A DNA stretch of 64,000 nt from assembly GCA_043228905.1 (NCBI GenBank), contig JBHGNT010000004.1:8246001-8310000 (forward strand), given 5' to 3'. The position numbers and the translations under genes are program-made. Positions within the stretch are counted from its first letter, which is position 1. Each line of letters starts with the position of its first letter. Origin of the DNA: Azolla caroliniana. Lineage: Eukaryota; Plantae; Polypodiophyta. Shown one piece after another: positions 51,402 to 63,300 of this stretch. The notes beneath the pieces were generated by a model. It was not told the origin of the DNA, did no database searches, and saw only the letters and a program-made list of their open reading frames with translations.

Positions 51402-52713
51402 GTGGCTCATTCCTTCCTATCCTAAAGTGCTGAACTTCGCAAAATTTTGCGAGACAAAGGAGGACTTTCACAACATATATGGTCTGTCGCTCGAGGGTAT
51501 TGACCCTGCTGTTCTAACAGATAGATTGATTAGAGATGTAGACTGGATATCAGTATATAAAGTGCCCAAAGTGAAAGGCAAGGTCAAGCTCAAGAATGTA
51601 CGACGACTGCATGATACTGCACCAGAGAAGTACATCAAGAGATCCCGGTCAACAACGAGTTGTTTGTTTCATTTGCCAGAGCTTTTGCATACGAGTATTG
51701 CAAAACAACAAAGGAATATCGTGACCCTAAAATGTATAGGGTAGCTTGGGCAATTTATGGTGAGGCATCGGTAGAAAGATGTCGAAAGATGGGGAGCTTG
51801 CAACAAAAAATAGCAAGATTTTGGAGCATGGCAGTTGATGATACAACTGTCGACTCCCAACAAACCCGCAAGTATACGCCACACCGACACACAATGAAAA
51901 CCAATGTCCATGATATAGGTGAGACATTGATTAGCTATATGCTAAAGAGTGTCCATGAAGCCTGTGAGACATTGGAGTTTTTAAGACTGATTTAGAGAAA
52001 GCAACATTGGCTGCTGCGATGGAGAGCAAAGTCACTTTGGCAGTTACAACAATCAAAAATAAGATTCAGGTACCTATTGTTTTGCTAGTATGTAATATGT
52101 TATAAATAACTTGTACATGAAAATGTGCTACTGAGGCATTATCTGGAACAGGTTGCTCAACATGAACTTGAAATTGAGGGGTCGCTGGATCCCCAGCGGA
52201 AAATTCAACCGCAGACTGAGATCTAGGTTCTTTCAATGAAACTGGACCTTCTAGGTGTAAATACTGTCGCTGATTACAATTTGGAAAAGTTACAAGTAAG
52301 TTAATGATTCTTGTATCTTGTTGTTGTATTTTCCTCATTAAGGAATAATTAATCGGTAAATTTCTCGGCTGCATTGAAGGAACAATACTCCCATCAAGAA
52401 TAGGTTGTTAGCTGCCTTAAGAAGCAACTACATTTTGTGGAGGGGATGATAGGGAGCAGACAAGAATTGGACCTGAACATTCGTGCACCCTTACCAAATG
52501 AAGGAGAACTAGGAAACGATATATTGACTGTTCAAGCACGTCACATCACTTGTGAATCACATGTATAGGATAAATCTACTACTCTGTTGGTTCACCTACA
52601 ACCATGTCGGCACACATACCATATCGTTTGTTTTCAATATGCCTGTCACATTGCTGCATTCTGTTTCGGGGATTGTAATACAGCTATCCCAGATGAGTGG
52701 AGAAAACACATAG
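51402..52713 (+). pseudogene. Spliced cargo gene remnant: unknown domain plus RING-H2-like zinc finger
   Basis: ORFs 51427-51995 follow an AG acceptor; 52539-52712 reads (C>R)HITC-x16-CRHTYHIVC-x10-CFGDC..W and ends at a GT donor; one in-frame TAG. Confidence 0.6.
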
Positions 52714-52739
52714 GTAAAATTGTTGCTTATGACCATACT

Positions 52740-53225
52740 GTAGCTAATTACTTCCATCTTTGTTAATTAGGTAAGCTGTATAAAGTGTGGAAACTATTTA
52801 GCTATTATGGTTGTATTGTATATGCTAATTACCTAACATGTAGTTAATTAGCTAAGTGGTAGCTAATTAGCTACTACCATACTTTAGCTTAGTAGCTAAT
52901 TAACTAAGTGGTAGCCAATTAGCTACTACCATAGTTTAGTACAATAACTAATTAGCTAAGTGGTAGCTAATTAGCTACTACCATAGGTTAGTACAATAGC
53001 TAATTAGGTAAGTGGTACCTAATTAGCTACTACCATAGTTTAGTACAGTAGCTAATTCGCTAAGTGGTAGTAATTAGCTACTACTATAGTTTAGCTAAGT
53101 AGCTAATTAGCTAATGGTTGCTAATTAGTTACTACCATACTTTAGTTGAATAGCTAATTAGCTAAGTGGTAGCTAATTAGCTACTACCATAGTTTAGTAC
53201 AATAGCTAATTAGCTAATTAGCGAC
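52740..53225. repeat. Tandem array of ~52-bp units built on the palindrome TAGCTAATTAGCTA
   Basis: More than 10 copies of the palindrome here; also subterminal copies at ~50527-50567 and ~54060-54092. Confidence 0.9.
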
Positions 53226-53429
53226 CATGTTGTTGTTGAATCTTGTAGATTAAGGAGAGCGCATGAGCTGTCTGGTGCTCATGACGCTGCAACCGATGAG
53301 GAGATAGTTGCAAACGTCGCTGAAAGTAAGAGTCCTGCTATCACATCTCCTTTAGATCAGCTCCACCCTATTCTTTTGGAAGATGGTAATGAATTAGGCA
53401 ATGATGTGAAAAGCCATGAAATATTGGAA

Positions 53430-53820
53430 ACTAAGTGTAGAATAATGGCAATGGATGAGTCAACTTCGTCAGCTCGATCAGTGGCAGATGATGCTTGGAA
53501 CGCACAATAATGGTAATTGAGAGTAGAATGGCCTTAATGGAGAAGGAATTAACTTCGTTGGAGCGAAAAGTGGCAGCGATATACAACCTTCACAGTAGCG
53601 GCAACTGAGTGTACAATGGCGGCAATGGAGTGAACTTGGCAGATGATGCTTGGACTGAACAATGGCGGCAACTGAGTGCAGAATGGCGGCAATGGAGGAG
53701 TGAACTCCGTCGGATCGAACAGTGGTAGATGATACTTGGACTACATAGTGCCGGTAACTGAGCGTAGAATGACAGCAATAGAGGAGTGGACTCAATAGGG
53801 TTTAGCAATAGTGGTAGTAA
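53430..53820. repeat. Degenerate minisatellite in the DNA transposon
   Basis: Recurring AGAATGGCGGCAATGGAGGAGTGAACT / CAGTGGCAGATGATGCTTGGA units; inverted homolog at 58990-59390. Confidence 0.8.
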
Positions 53821-56800
53821 TCTAAGCTAGAATACTCAACCAAAGATGGCCCACATGATGTGGCAAAGGATCATGCATAATGGACCTAGGAATTCGGTAT
53901 ATAATTTATGGTGCACATATCAATTTATGTTGCACATTTATGGTGCTCATTTATATAATTAAAACTCTCTACTATTTTCAATGGTAGATTTTTGCATAGC
54001 TAGTTTATCAATGGTAGCTCTTTGCAAAAAGGACTATTTATCAATGGTAGCTTTTTGCATAGCTAATTAGCTATGTCAAGGACATAGCTAATTGTTTCCA
54101 CTCGCATGCTTTCACCCTTTAGCATTTTTCATACCACACCTCTCCAACACTCTTTCAATATAACTCTTCTGAGTTAAATACAACTTTCCACCTTTATGAT
54201 CTCATTCGATTTCCATGCCAAGGATCCTTTTTGTTGCACCAAGATCCTTCATCTCGAACACTCTGTTCAACTGCTTCTTTAATTCTTCAATATCCGACAT
54301 ATTTTTAGCTGCAATCAACATGTCATCAACATAAAGAAGCAAATAGATAAATGAACTATCATGAGTCTTCCTGAAATAAACACACCTGTCATAATTACTT
54401 TTTGAGTATCCGCTGCCAACCATAAAGGAATCAAATTGCTTGTACCATTGTTTCTAAGACTGTTTTAAACTGTACAACGATTTCTTCAACAAGAAAACAC
54501 GATCTTCTTTTCCTTCAACAACAAACCCTTCTGGTTGTTGCATGTAAACATCTTCTTCAAGTTCACCATGTAGAAATGCGGTTTTTACATCAAGTTGTTC
54601 TAACTCCAAATCATGCATAGCAACTAATGCAAGCAAGACAAGAATAGAACTATGTTTCACAACAGGTGAGAAAATATCATTAAAATCAACACTTGGTACC
54701 TGACTGTAGCCTTTAGCTATTAACCATGCCTTGTACCTTGCTTTCTCCACTCCAGGAATTCCTACCTTTATTTTGAAGATCCATTTACAGCCAACAATCC
54801 TTTGTCTAGTTGGCAGCTTCACAAGTAGCCAAGTTTCGTTTTTATAAAGAGACTCAATTTCTTCTTGCATAGAAATCAACCACTTGGTGGAATCAACAGA
54901 AGAAATGGTTTTAGAGTAAGAAGTTGGCTCGCCAATAGAATTTGTTTCTTCTCCAACTGATAAAGCATATGCAACAAAATCAGCATATCTTTGTGGTGGT
55001 CTAATTTCTCTTCTTGGTCTATCTCTTGCAATACTTCGTTCTTCCTTAGGAGGTGCTTCTTCTACGACATCAGGCTCCTCTTCTACAGGTTCAGGAGCAG
55101 GTGTTTCAGCCATCACTAGTGGACTTGGAACTTCAAGCTCCACCTACTTCAATGTACTTCCTATCTCATATGTATCAGAAGAAACCATAGGCTCCTTTCT
55201 AGGATTCAGTAGAGCAGATTCATCAAAAGTAACATCTCTACTAATTGCAAATTTAGGTGACTTAGGATTAGGACACCACAACCTATATCCTTTCACCTCA
55301 GAAGCATAACCAAGAAAAATACATTTTCAAGCTCAAGGCTCCAATTTTCCTTCACTAACATGCATATAAGAAAGACATCCAAATATTCTCAAATTTGAAT
55401 AATCAGCAGGTTTACCGAACCATACCTTTTCAAGAGTTTTGAACTCAATCGCCATTAACGATGAATAACTCACCAAGAAACATGCCGTGGAAACTACTTC
55501 AGCCCAAAACTCTTTGGACAACCCAACATTGGAAAGCATACAACGAGCCCTCTCCAAAAGAGTTCTGTTCATGCGCTCAGCTACGCCATTCTGTTGCGGT
55601 GTTTTAACTATTGTGCGATGTCTGTAAATTCCTTCAGCCTCGCAAAACTTGTTAAAATCTCCTCCGCAAAATTCCAAACCATTATCAGTTCGAAATCTTC
55701 TAATCTGCTTTCCCATCTGCTTCTCGATCAGAATTTTCCACTTCTTGAAAGTATCAAATACATCACTTTTCTGTTTAAGAAAATAAACCCAGACTTTTCT
55801 TGAAAAATAATCAATAAAAGTCAAAAGATATTGAGCTCCTCCTTTTGATAGAACTGGTGTTGGTCCCCACAAATCAGAGTGAATATAATCCAAACAACCT
55901 CTACTCTTATGGATTCCAGTGCCAAAACTGAGTCTCTTCTGCTTTCTGAATACACAATGCTCACAAAAATCTATCTTTCCCATACTTTGGCCCCAAAGTA
56001 GTCCTCATTTGCTCAACAAGGTTAAACCTTTCTCGCTCATATGCCCGAGCCTCATATGCCATAATTTCGTAACATCTGAGTCTGACATAGACCATTAAGA
56101 AACTGTTGCAGAACCCGTCACTATCGAGCCATGTAATACGTACAAGCTTCCTACTTTTCTAGCCTTCATCACAACCAACGCACCTTTGCTAACTTTTAAT
56201 ACTCCACCTTCAGCTGAGAACTTGCACCCGTTGGCGTCGAGGGTGCCCAATGATATGAGATTCTTCTTCAGATTAGGAACATGCCTCACATCAATCAATG
56301 TTCCAACAATCCCATCAGCCATCCGGATTCGTACTATTCCTATTCCAATTGTTTTGCAAGGAGCATTATTCCCCATCAAAACTACTCCTCCATCAATAGA
56401 TTCGTATGATGAAAACGAGTCCTGATTGGGACACATATGATAAGAACAACCAGTATCCATAATCCATTCATCGTTCAACTTGATTGGCTTTTCTGTAAAA
56501 GGAGCACATGAACATCGCTTCCTACTTCAACAACAATAGCCTTACCTGCATCCTCATTTCTATCTTGTGGAGTATTCTTTTTCCTTTGCAACTTATCACA
56601 ATTCTTGCGAACATGTGCTGGTTCCTTATAGTGCCAACACAGAACAGATCTACTTCTGGATTTAGATCTAGATTTAGGCCTGTCTCTATTGTTCCCTTTT
56701 TGTTTAGATCTACCCCTTACATATAAACCTTGTGCCTGACTATCACTTGTTTGTCCAGTGATATCATGATCAATCTTTTTTTTAGTTTCCAAAGAAAATT

Positions 56801-57380
56801 TGACATCTTTTAGAGAAATAGTATCCTTCCTGTACAACATAGTTTCTCTAAAATGTCTATATGAATGGGATAACGAACACAACAACAACAATGCCTTATC
56901 TTCGTCATCAATGGTAACATCAAGATTTTCCAAATCCATGATAATAGATTCAAACTCATCAATATGAGAACTGAGAGATGTACCTTCACTCATCCGTAGT
57001 GAATACAAGCATTGTTTCTTATAAAGCTTGTTTGTCAGAGTCTTTTTCAGATAGATAGACTCCAATTTTTCCCATACTGCTTTCGCTGTCTTCTCAGAGA
57101 TTACCTTCTACAAAACTTCATTTGCCAAAGACAGTTGAATCTCTCAGTGCGCCTTCTCATCCATCTCCTCCCACCTAGTGTCCGTCATACCGTCAGGCCT
57201 TACATCTAAAGCCTTCTGAACTCCGTTCTGCACAAGGATCGCGTGCATCCTTACTTGCCAAAGAGAGAAGTTGATTTTTCGATCGAACTTCTCGACATTA
57301 AATTTTGTCGTTGAAATCTTGACTTATAACAAGAAAATACCAAAACTAATGTACTAACAACCATCGCTCTGATACCAATT

Positions 57381-57952
57381 TGTTAGGTTGGCACTTGGAT
57401 CAAATAGTACATCAGATTAAATAGGCGACAATAATATGATAATATAGGAGTGGAGAAATAAATGACACGAGTATTTACGTGGTTCGGCCAAATTAGCCTA
57501 CGTCCACGGAGAGGAGAGTGATTCCACTATAAGAAAATATAACAGAGAGTTTACAACAATTACAGAAAATATTCTCTAATTAAACCCAACACCCAAGACA
57601 ATAACCTCACAATTCTCTCACAAGAATTTTCCCTCAAATAGTGTTTCCCAAACTCTCTAATTCTCTCAAATCTCACAAGCCTACAACTCTTAGTAGTCTT
57701 CAATTTTCGGATCCCCCCATCAAACGACTAAGGCTGCCTTTATTTATAGCCCTCACTACACCGACTTTTACATAGTAATGATGCACGCGGCCTTCATATA
57801 TTCACCAAGAGTGATGACTTTGCAATTTAATTAACAAAGCATATAACTTACTCATTAAGTCTTTCAATTAGTCATCATGCTTTGTGTAGATCATGCAAAT
57901 GAGAGACAGGGCTTTCCATAAACTAGAACAATTAATTCAAGTCATTTTAACA
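57381..57952 (-). repeat. 5' LTR of Copia I
   Basis: Matches 47998-48097 + 49215-49686. Confidence 0.93.
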
Positions 57953-58191
57953 GAACTGTTGTATTTTTTTGAACCCTTTATGTTCATTTTAATTAGGAAT
58001 CAACAACATTCACCGGTTCGGCCTTATCCAAGCCAAACCAATTAAGCCTAAATAGGTTTGGGAACCATTTTGGCCCAAATCGGTTAAGCTCTAAATTTGT
58101 GGTAGGAGTCGCTTGTATTCATCATTATAAAACGTTAAATTCCATAAGAATTGCATGGGTTTATAATGATTGGCCAATGTTTTCAAAAACA
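57953..58191 (+). repeat. 239-bp direct repeat, copy 2 (right of Copia I)
   Basis: Matches 47747-47985. Confidence 0.92.
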
Positions 58192-58762
58192 TATATTTTG
58201 ATCCCAATTTCGTTGACATGAATATCTCGAAGCTATAAGTTAGCATTCAAGTGTAGTTGACTATAATATAATAAGCATTCTATTCTAACTCACCTTTGTG
58301 ACCTCATTAACCAAAATGCAAGTTGCCTTCTACTTGAGATTTTGTTTTGGGTGATGATAGCATATAGGTCAATTTCAAACCTAACTATAGATCTTCATGT
58401 CATTGTAGGCACCTTAATGAGAAAAAAAAAAGCCAAGGGTTCAAATTGTATGGTAGAAACTATTGCTTAATGCACAACAATATTTTCCGAAATTCAGATC
58501 AAAGATTCCATAGACTTCAACAAATCCATAAAAATATATTTCATAAACATAACTTATAAGTATTCCAAAAATCCAAAAATTCTTCACTTGACCAAGTACA
58601 AGTATTCCATAACATTATCCTCTATCATCATGTCTTCTAAATCAATATCTAAATTATTATATGCATCATTAATATCTTCAAGTATAGAAACATTTACACT
58701 ATGAAGTAAATCCAAAAAAGATCTAATGTACATCTTTGCCTTGAAAGTGCATGAATGTAGGG

Positions 58763-59534
58763 GGGTGAAAGCATGTAAGTGGAAACAATTAGCTATGCAA
58801 AAAGCTACCAGTGATAAATAGTCCTTTTTGTACCATGAATGAAAACATTAGAATGTTTTAATTATATAAATGTGCACCATAAATTATATACTAAATTCCT
58901 AGGTCCATTATGCATGATCCATTGCCACATTACGTTGGCCATCACTTTGTGACTATTCAAGCTTAGATTACTACCACTGTTCCTAAACCCTATTGAGTCC
59001 ACTCCTCCATTGCCACCATTCTACTCTCAGTTCTCGCCACTGTGCGATCCAAGCATCATCTGCCACTGTTCGATCCAACGGAGTTCACTCCTCCATTGTC
59101 GTCATTCTACACTCAGTTGACGCCATTGTTCGGTCCAAGCATCATCTGCCAATGTTGTCTCCTATTGAGTTCACTCCTCCATTGTTGTCATTCTATACTC
59201 AATTGCCTCTACAATTCGGTCGTGGATTGTTGCCACTGTTCGATCCGACGGAGTTCACTCCTCCACTACTGCCATTCTACACTTAGTTGCCGCCACTGAG
59301 TGTTCCAAGCATCATCTGCCACTGTTCGATCTGACGGAGTTCACTCCATTGCCAACATTCTACACTTAGTTGCCGCCACTGTTCGGTCCTGGATTGCAAT
59401 AATTGTTCCATCTGTTGATTATCTTGTGTATTGTTGTGTATAATCTTGTGTATTGCGGAATAATTTTGTGTATTGTTGTTGCCTACAATCATCTTAGTTC
59501 GTTGTAGACGGTGGTTCAATTGCTTTCACTTCGC
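58763..59534 (-). mobile_element. Second, inverted copy (one end) of the GGG-TIR DNA transposon family
   Basis: GGGTGAAAGCATGTAAGTGGAAACAATTAGCTATG, then reverse-complement homology to 53430-54117; cut by Copia K. Confidence 0.85.
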
Positions 59535-60315
59535 TGCAACAAACATAAACTCAACCGGATCCGGATCAAGCTGAATAAGCCTGAGCCGGATCGGTATCCG
59601 GATGGTATCAAGAAACAACCGGCCGAATCGGGGAGACGGATCGGAGAGCCGGATTCGAGCGGGAACCGGAAGCCTATTAGTAGCCTAGACTACTAGGTAA
59701 TCATTGTCTCGTAGTTAGTGTCCGTCGCACGTAGGAATATTGAAGTACTTGTCAGTACTTCTGTCAGTCCTTTATGGACTTGTATAAATAGTGTTGTTTA
59801 GCACGTTGTATGTACAGAGTTTCAGAGTTTTATTTTTGAATCTACGTTTACGTTCTGATCTCTCGGTCTCTCCCGCGTATACTCTATGTGTACTAAGCTT
59901 CTGCATTAAACCTTCATCTTATTCTCTGCTGCTATCTGGCTGAGCCGGTTTTGTCTAACGCTTCCGCACGTTAACATTCACATGGTATCAGAGCGCGAGG
60001 ATTGAAAACCTCTGCAACCGACACTTGTTTTCGTCGATGAACCCTAGAACCTGGTAACAATAGACAGAGGGAAGATATGGAGAGAGGAATGGCGAGTTCA
60101 CTTCCAACAGAGAAGCTCGACCGAAGCAACTACGCGTCCTAGTCATACAAGATGCACCAGTACCTACTAGGGCATGGATATTGGACCTTTGTTGAAGGAC
60201 CGAATGAGGAAGTACCGGAGCTGACACACAATGACTTCCTAGTATGGGAGCAAGGAGCAAGCCGAGTATTGTACTACCTCACATCTTGTGTGCACGATCA
60301 GATGCTCGGCTACGT
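59535..60315 (+). mobile_element. Copia K 5' end (family of H): LTR 59535-59982, PBS-Met 59983-59994, gag start
   Basis: LTR homologous to 41082-41542; TGGTATCAGAGC; MHQYLLGHGYW gag, cut by Gypsy G. Confidence 0.88.
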
Positions 60316-63300
60316 TGTCGTGCCTTTCGGCTCCGGATCGTTGTGTGAGTCGGGTGGGAACCGCCGAGGTTTTGGACTAGGAGGAAGAGGAATACAACTT
60401 AAGGCTAGTTATGAATAGCGGAAAGAGAAGTAAGATAGCAATCTCGTGAATCCCACGAGTTTAGTGTAATTAAAACAATATTTAGATTATAAGAGCAATT
60501 AGATGGCAAAATTCGTGAATCCTGCGAATATATTAGATTGATCAATTCTTCTATATTAATCAACAACCATATACATATTTTTCTCCTCCTTATATAAAGA
60601 TGGAAGAGTCTAAGCATGGCTTCATGCTTTTTCACCTAAAGTGCCCATGCACACTAAATGTGCATGTGATGTTTTGTCATTTCCTAAATATAGGGCTCGT
60701 GCACGCTAGATGTGCATGAGTCACTTTTAATGTCACGTGTAAATAAAATATTCACACTCTAAAGAATACATGATTTTTACCTTTTAATAAAGGTATGTGT
60801 AAATAAAGGTCTTATACGTATTAAATCTATATTTATAACACTAAAGATAAGTTATTACAATGGTAAATTTGGGGTTTATCTATGTGGAGGTGCATGGTTC
60901 GAATCCTGCCCTATGCACGTGATAAATTCTTTTGATATATTATTTATTTATTTATATGTATCTAAATTCGGATATATTATTTTATGGTTTTCACGTAATG
61001 TGCGGAATACACTACGACACTCGCCCCCTCCGAACCCGCACATCCTCCGGTATGTGCCAAAGTTCTCGATTCCCCATATCCGTCTTCACCCAAAGCTTCC
61101 TCCGATTCTCCCCTTATGTCGACTATGAGTTGTAATTCACGTTCTTCGCTTCCCGCATCCCCGTGGTCTTCGTCTGATTGTTCCTCGTAGTCGGCCTTGG
61201 CTTGGATCACATAGGGTTTGTTGTCGGTCCGCTTCTTGAAAATCTTCACCCGCTTCCCGGCTATAGGCACTCGTAGTATTGTTCCATCCAACTCGGACAG
61301 TCGGTACGTTCCGTTGTCGAAGACTTTCCGAACGTCGTATGGCCCGAACCACCTTTTTGCGAATTTCCGCATCGTTGTATGTTGATGGTCCAAACTACTA
61401 TCATAGACGATCACCCAGTCTCCTTCTTCAATCCTTCTCGGTCGTAGTCGGTGCTTTGTGTCGAACCGGCTTTTGTTCCTTAATCGTGCTTCTTGTTGTC
61501 GGCGTATTGCTTCTGCTATGTCTGCCGGTCTTCCCTCTAGTTGTCGTATCCGGACCGCTAGTAGTTCTTCCCGGCTCATCTCTTCCTTCCACGGTAGCAC
61601 TGTCCATGTCGCGATCGTGGTTTCCGTCGGCATTACCGGTGCTTGTCCGGTCATGAGTTCTGCCGGCATGTAACCGGTTATGGAGCTATGCGTCGTCCGA
61701 TCCGCCCATAGTGCATACGGAAGCATCTGCGGCCAGTCCTTCACCTTTCCATCGCATGCCTTCGCAAGTGCTTTTACGATCGGACTATGTCCTCGTTCGA
61801 TTTTCCCGTTGGCCTCCGGATTGTATGCCGTTGTCAGCGATAACCGAACTCCGTGTTTGGCGAAGAATCCCCTAGCTTTGTCCGAGTTGAGTTCTCCCCG
61901 GTCTGCAATCACTTGTCCTACGCACCCGTACCTGCAAAATACTTCCTCCAAAAGAAATTGGCATACTGCGGAACACGTTTTCCTCTGAAGCGCTTGACCT
62001 TCTACTTGATTCGTGAGATCTTCCCGAGCTAATACCAAGTATTTCTTTTGTCCGATCCTGGTCGGCATGGCCACTATGTCGACCATCCACTTGAAGTTGA
62101 TTGTCGGTGAGAATGTCGGATGTAACTCATCTCGATGTCGAACCCCGGAGTAGACTTGACATTTCTCGCAGCTTTCGGTAAACTCCGCGATATCTTTGTA
62201 CATTTTCTTCCACCAATATTTTTGCTTGATCTTCACAAATGTTGCCCATGTTCCTCGGTGTCCAGCCCAATCGGATTCGTGAAACTCGGACATTATCCGG
62301 TTTCGTTGCTCTTTTGTCCCGACTACTCGAAGTGGTATACCATCCGGTCTTTTCGGCGCCCTCCATATTAATCCGTTTTCCAAGAAGAACTTTTGGACTT
62401 GCCTCTTCTTCCTTCGGATCTCGGCTCTTCTTCCTTTATCGTTTGTCGAGTCCTCGGCCTCTTGTAACATCTTTCCGATCATCAAGCTTTCTCCCTCGTA
62501 TTCTTCTTCCCGGAATTCTCGGATTACATTTACTCGGCATATGTGCTCCGACGCGAAGTAGTCTTCGGAAACTTCTTCATTATCCGATTCGGTTATGTCG
62601 TCTCCGAACCGAGCCCTTGATAACATATCCGCTACCGCGTTGTCCTTCCCCGAGATGTGTCGAACCTCCGGATTAAGCGGCTTGACATATGCAACCCACC
62701 TTAGCATAGCTACATCCGGTATCGTACAACACCGCATCATCCCGAGTATCGGAAGACAATCCATCTCGATCACCACTTTGGCTCCGATCAAATAATCCCG
62801 ATCCGATTTTATCGCCGACACGACTCCCCACAGTTCTCTTTTGACTTGTGCATATCCACGTTGCCTTTCGTTGAGAACCTTTGCTCCGAATCGGATCGGA
62901 TACCGCGAACCATCCCAGTCGGCTTGATTGATGACCCACCCGATACCGGTTGGACTTGTATCAACCGTTACTATGATCGGTCGGTCGTAGCTCGGCTTCT
63001 TAAGTGCTTCCGCCCTCCGAAGTGTCTTCTTCAATTTCTTCATGGCTTTGGTGTGTTCCAGTTTCCATTCGAATTTCTTACCTTTCCGCAACAAGTGGTA
63101 GAGCGGGTCCGCTATATGTGCATAGTGCGGAATCCATATGTGATAGAATGCACATGCACCGAGAAACCTTCGGACTTCGGATGTTGACTCGCATACTTCC
63201 TCCATAGCTTGAATCGCATCGATCTTTGTTGGTGACGGTCTTCGGCCGTAGGGCCCACATAGATGTCCGACCACCAATATTTCTTCTTGCCCGAATGCCG

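Larger units (their letters stand above)
50496..54117. mobile_element. Non-autonomous TIR DNA transposon (GGG termini, ~25-bp TIR, TTTA duplication)
   Basis: GGGTAAAAGCATGCGAGTGGAAACA ... TGTTTCCACTCGCATGCTTTCACCC; the reconstructed empty site GGTTTAGC implies a TTTA TSD; no transposase recognised. Confidence 0.9.
49750..57327 (-). pseudogene. Copia I gag-pol, disrupted
   Basis: Collinear ORFs with stops; MKNA|KPVSTP is continuous across the DNA transposon. Confidence 0.9.
47998..57952 (-). mobile_element. Copia I (Tnt1/Tork-like), full-length degenerate, containing a solo LTR and a DNA transposon
   Basis: LTRs 47998-49686 (interrupted) and 57381-57952; PBS-Met 57366-57377; PPT AAGGTGGAGATT; gag, [11 protein letters not shown], integrase 55333-55983, RT 54202-55143, RNase H 49671-50279. 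Confidence 0.95.

Noticed and set aside
52740-53820. CRISPR-like array
   Set aside because: Eukaryotic context, degenerate tandem units without unique spacers, no cas genes.
50496-54117. Confident PIF/Harbinger or CACTA assignment
   Set aside because: The right flank is TTTA rather than TTA, the ends are not CACTA, and no transposase is visible.
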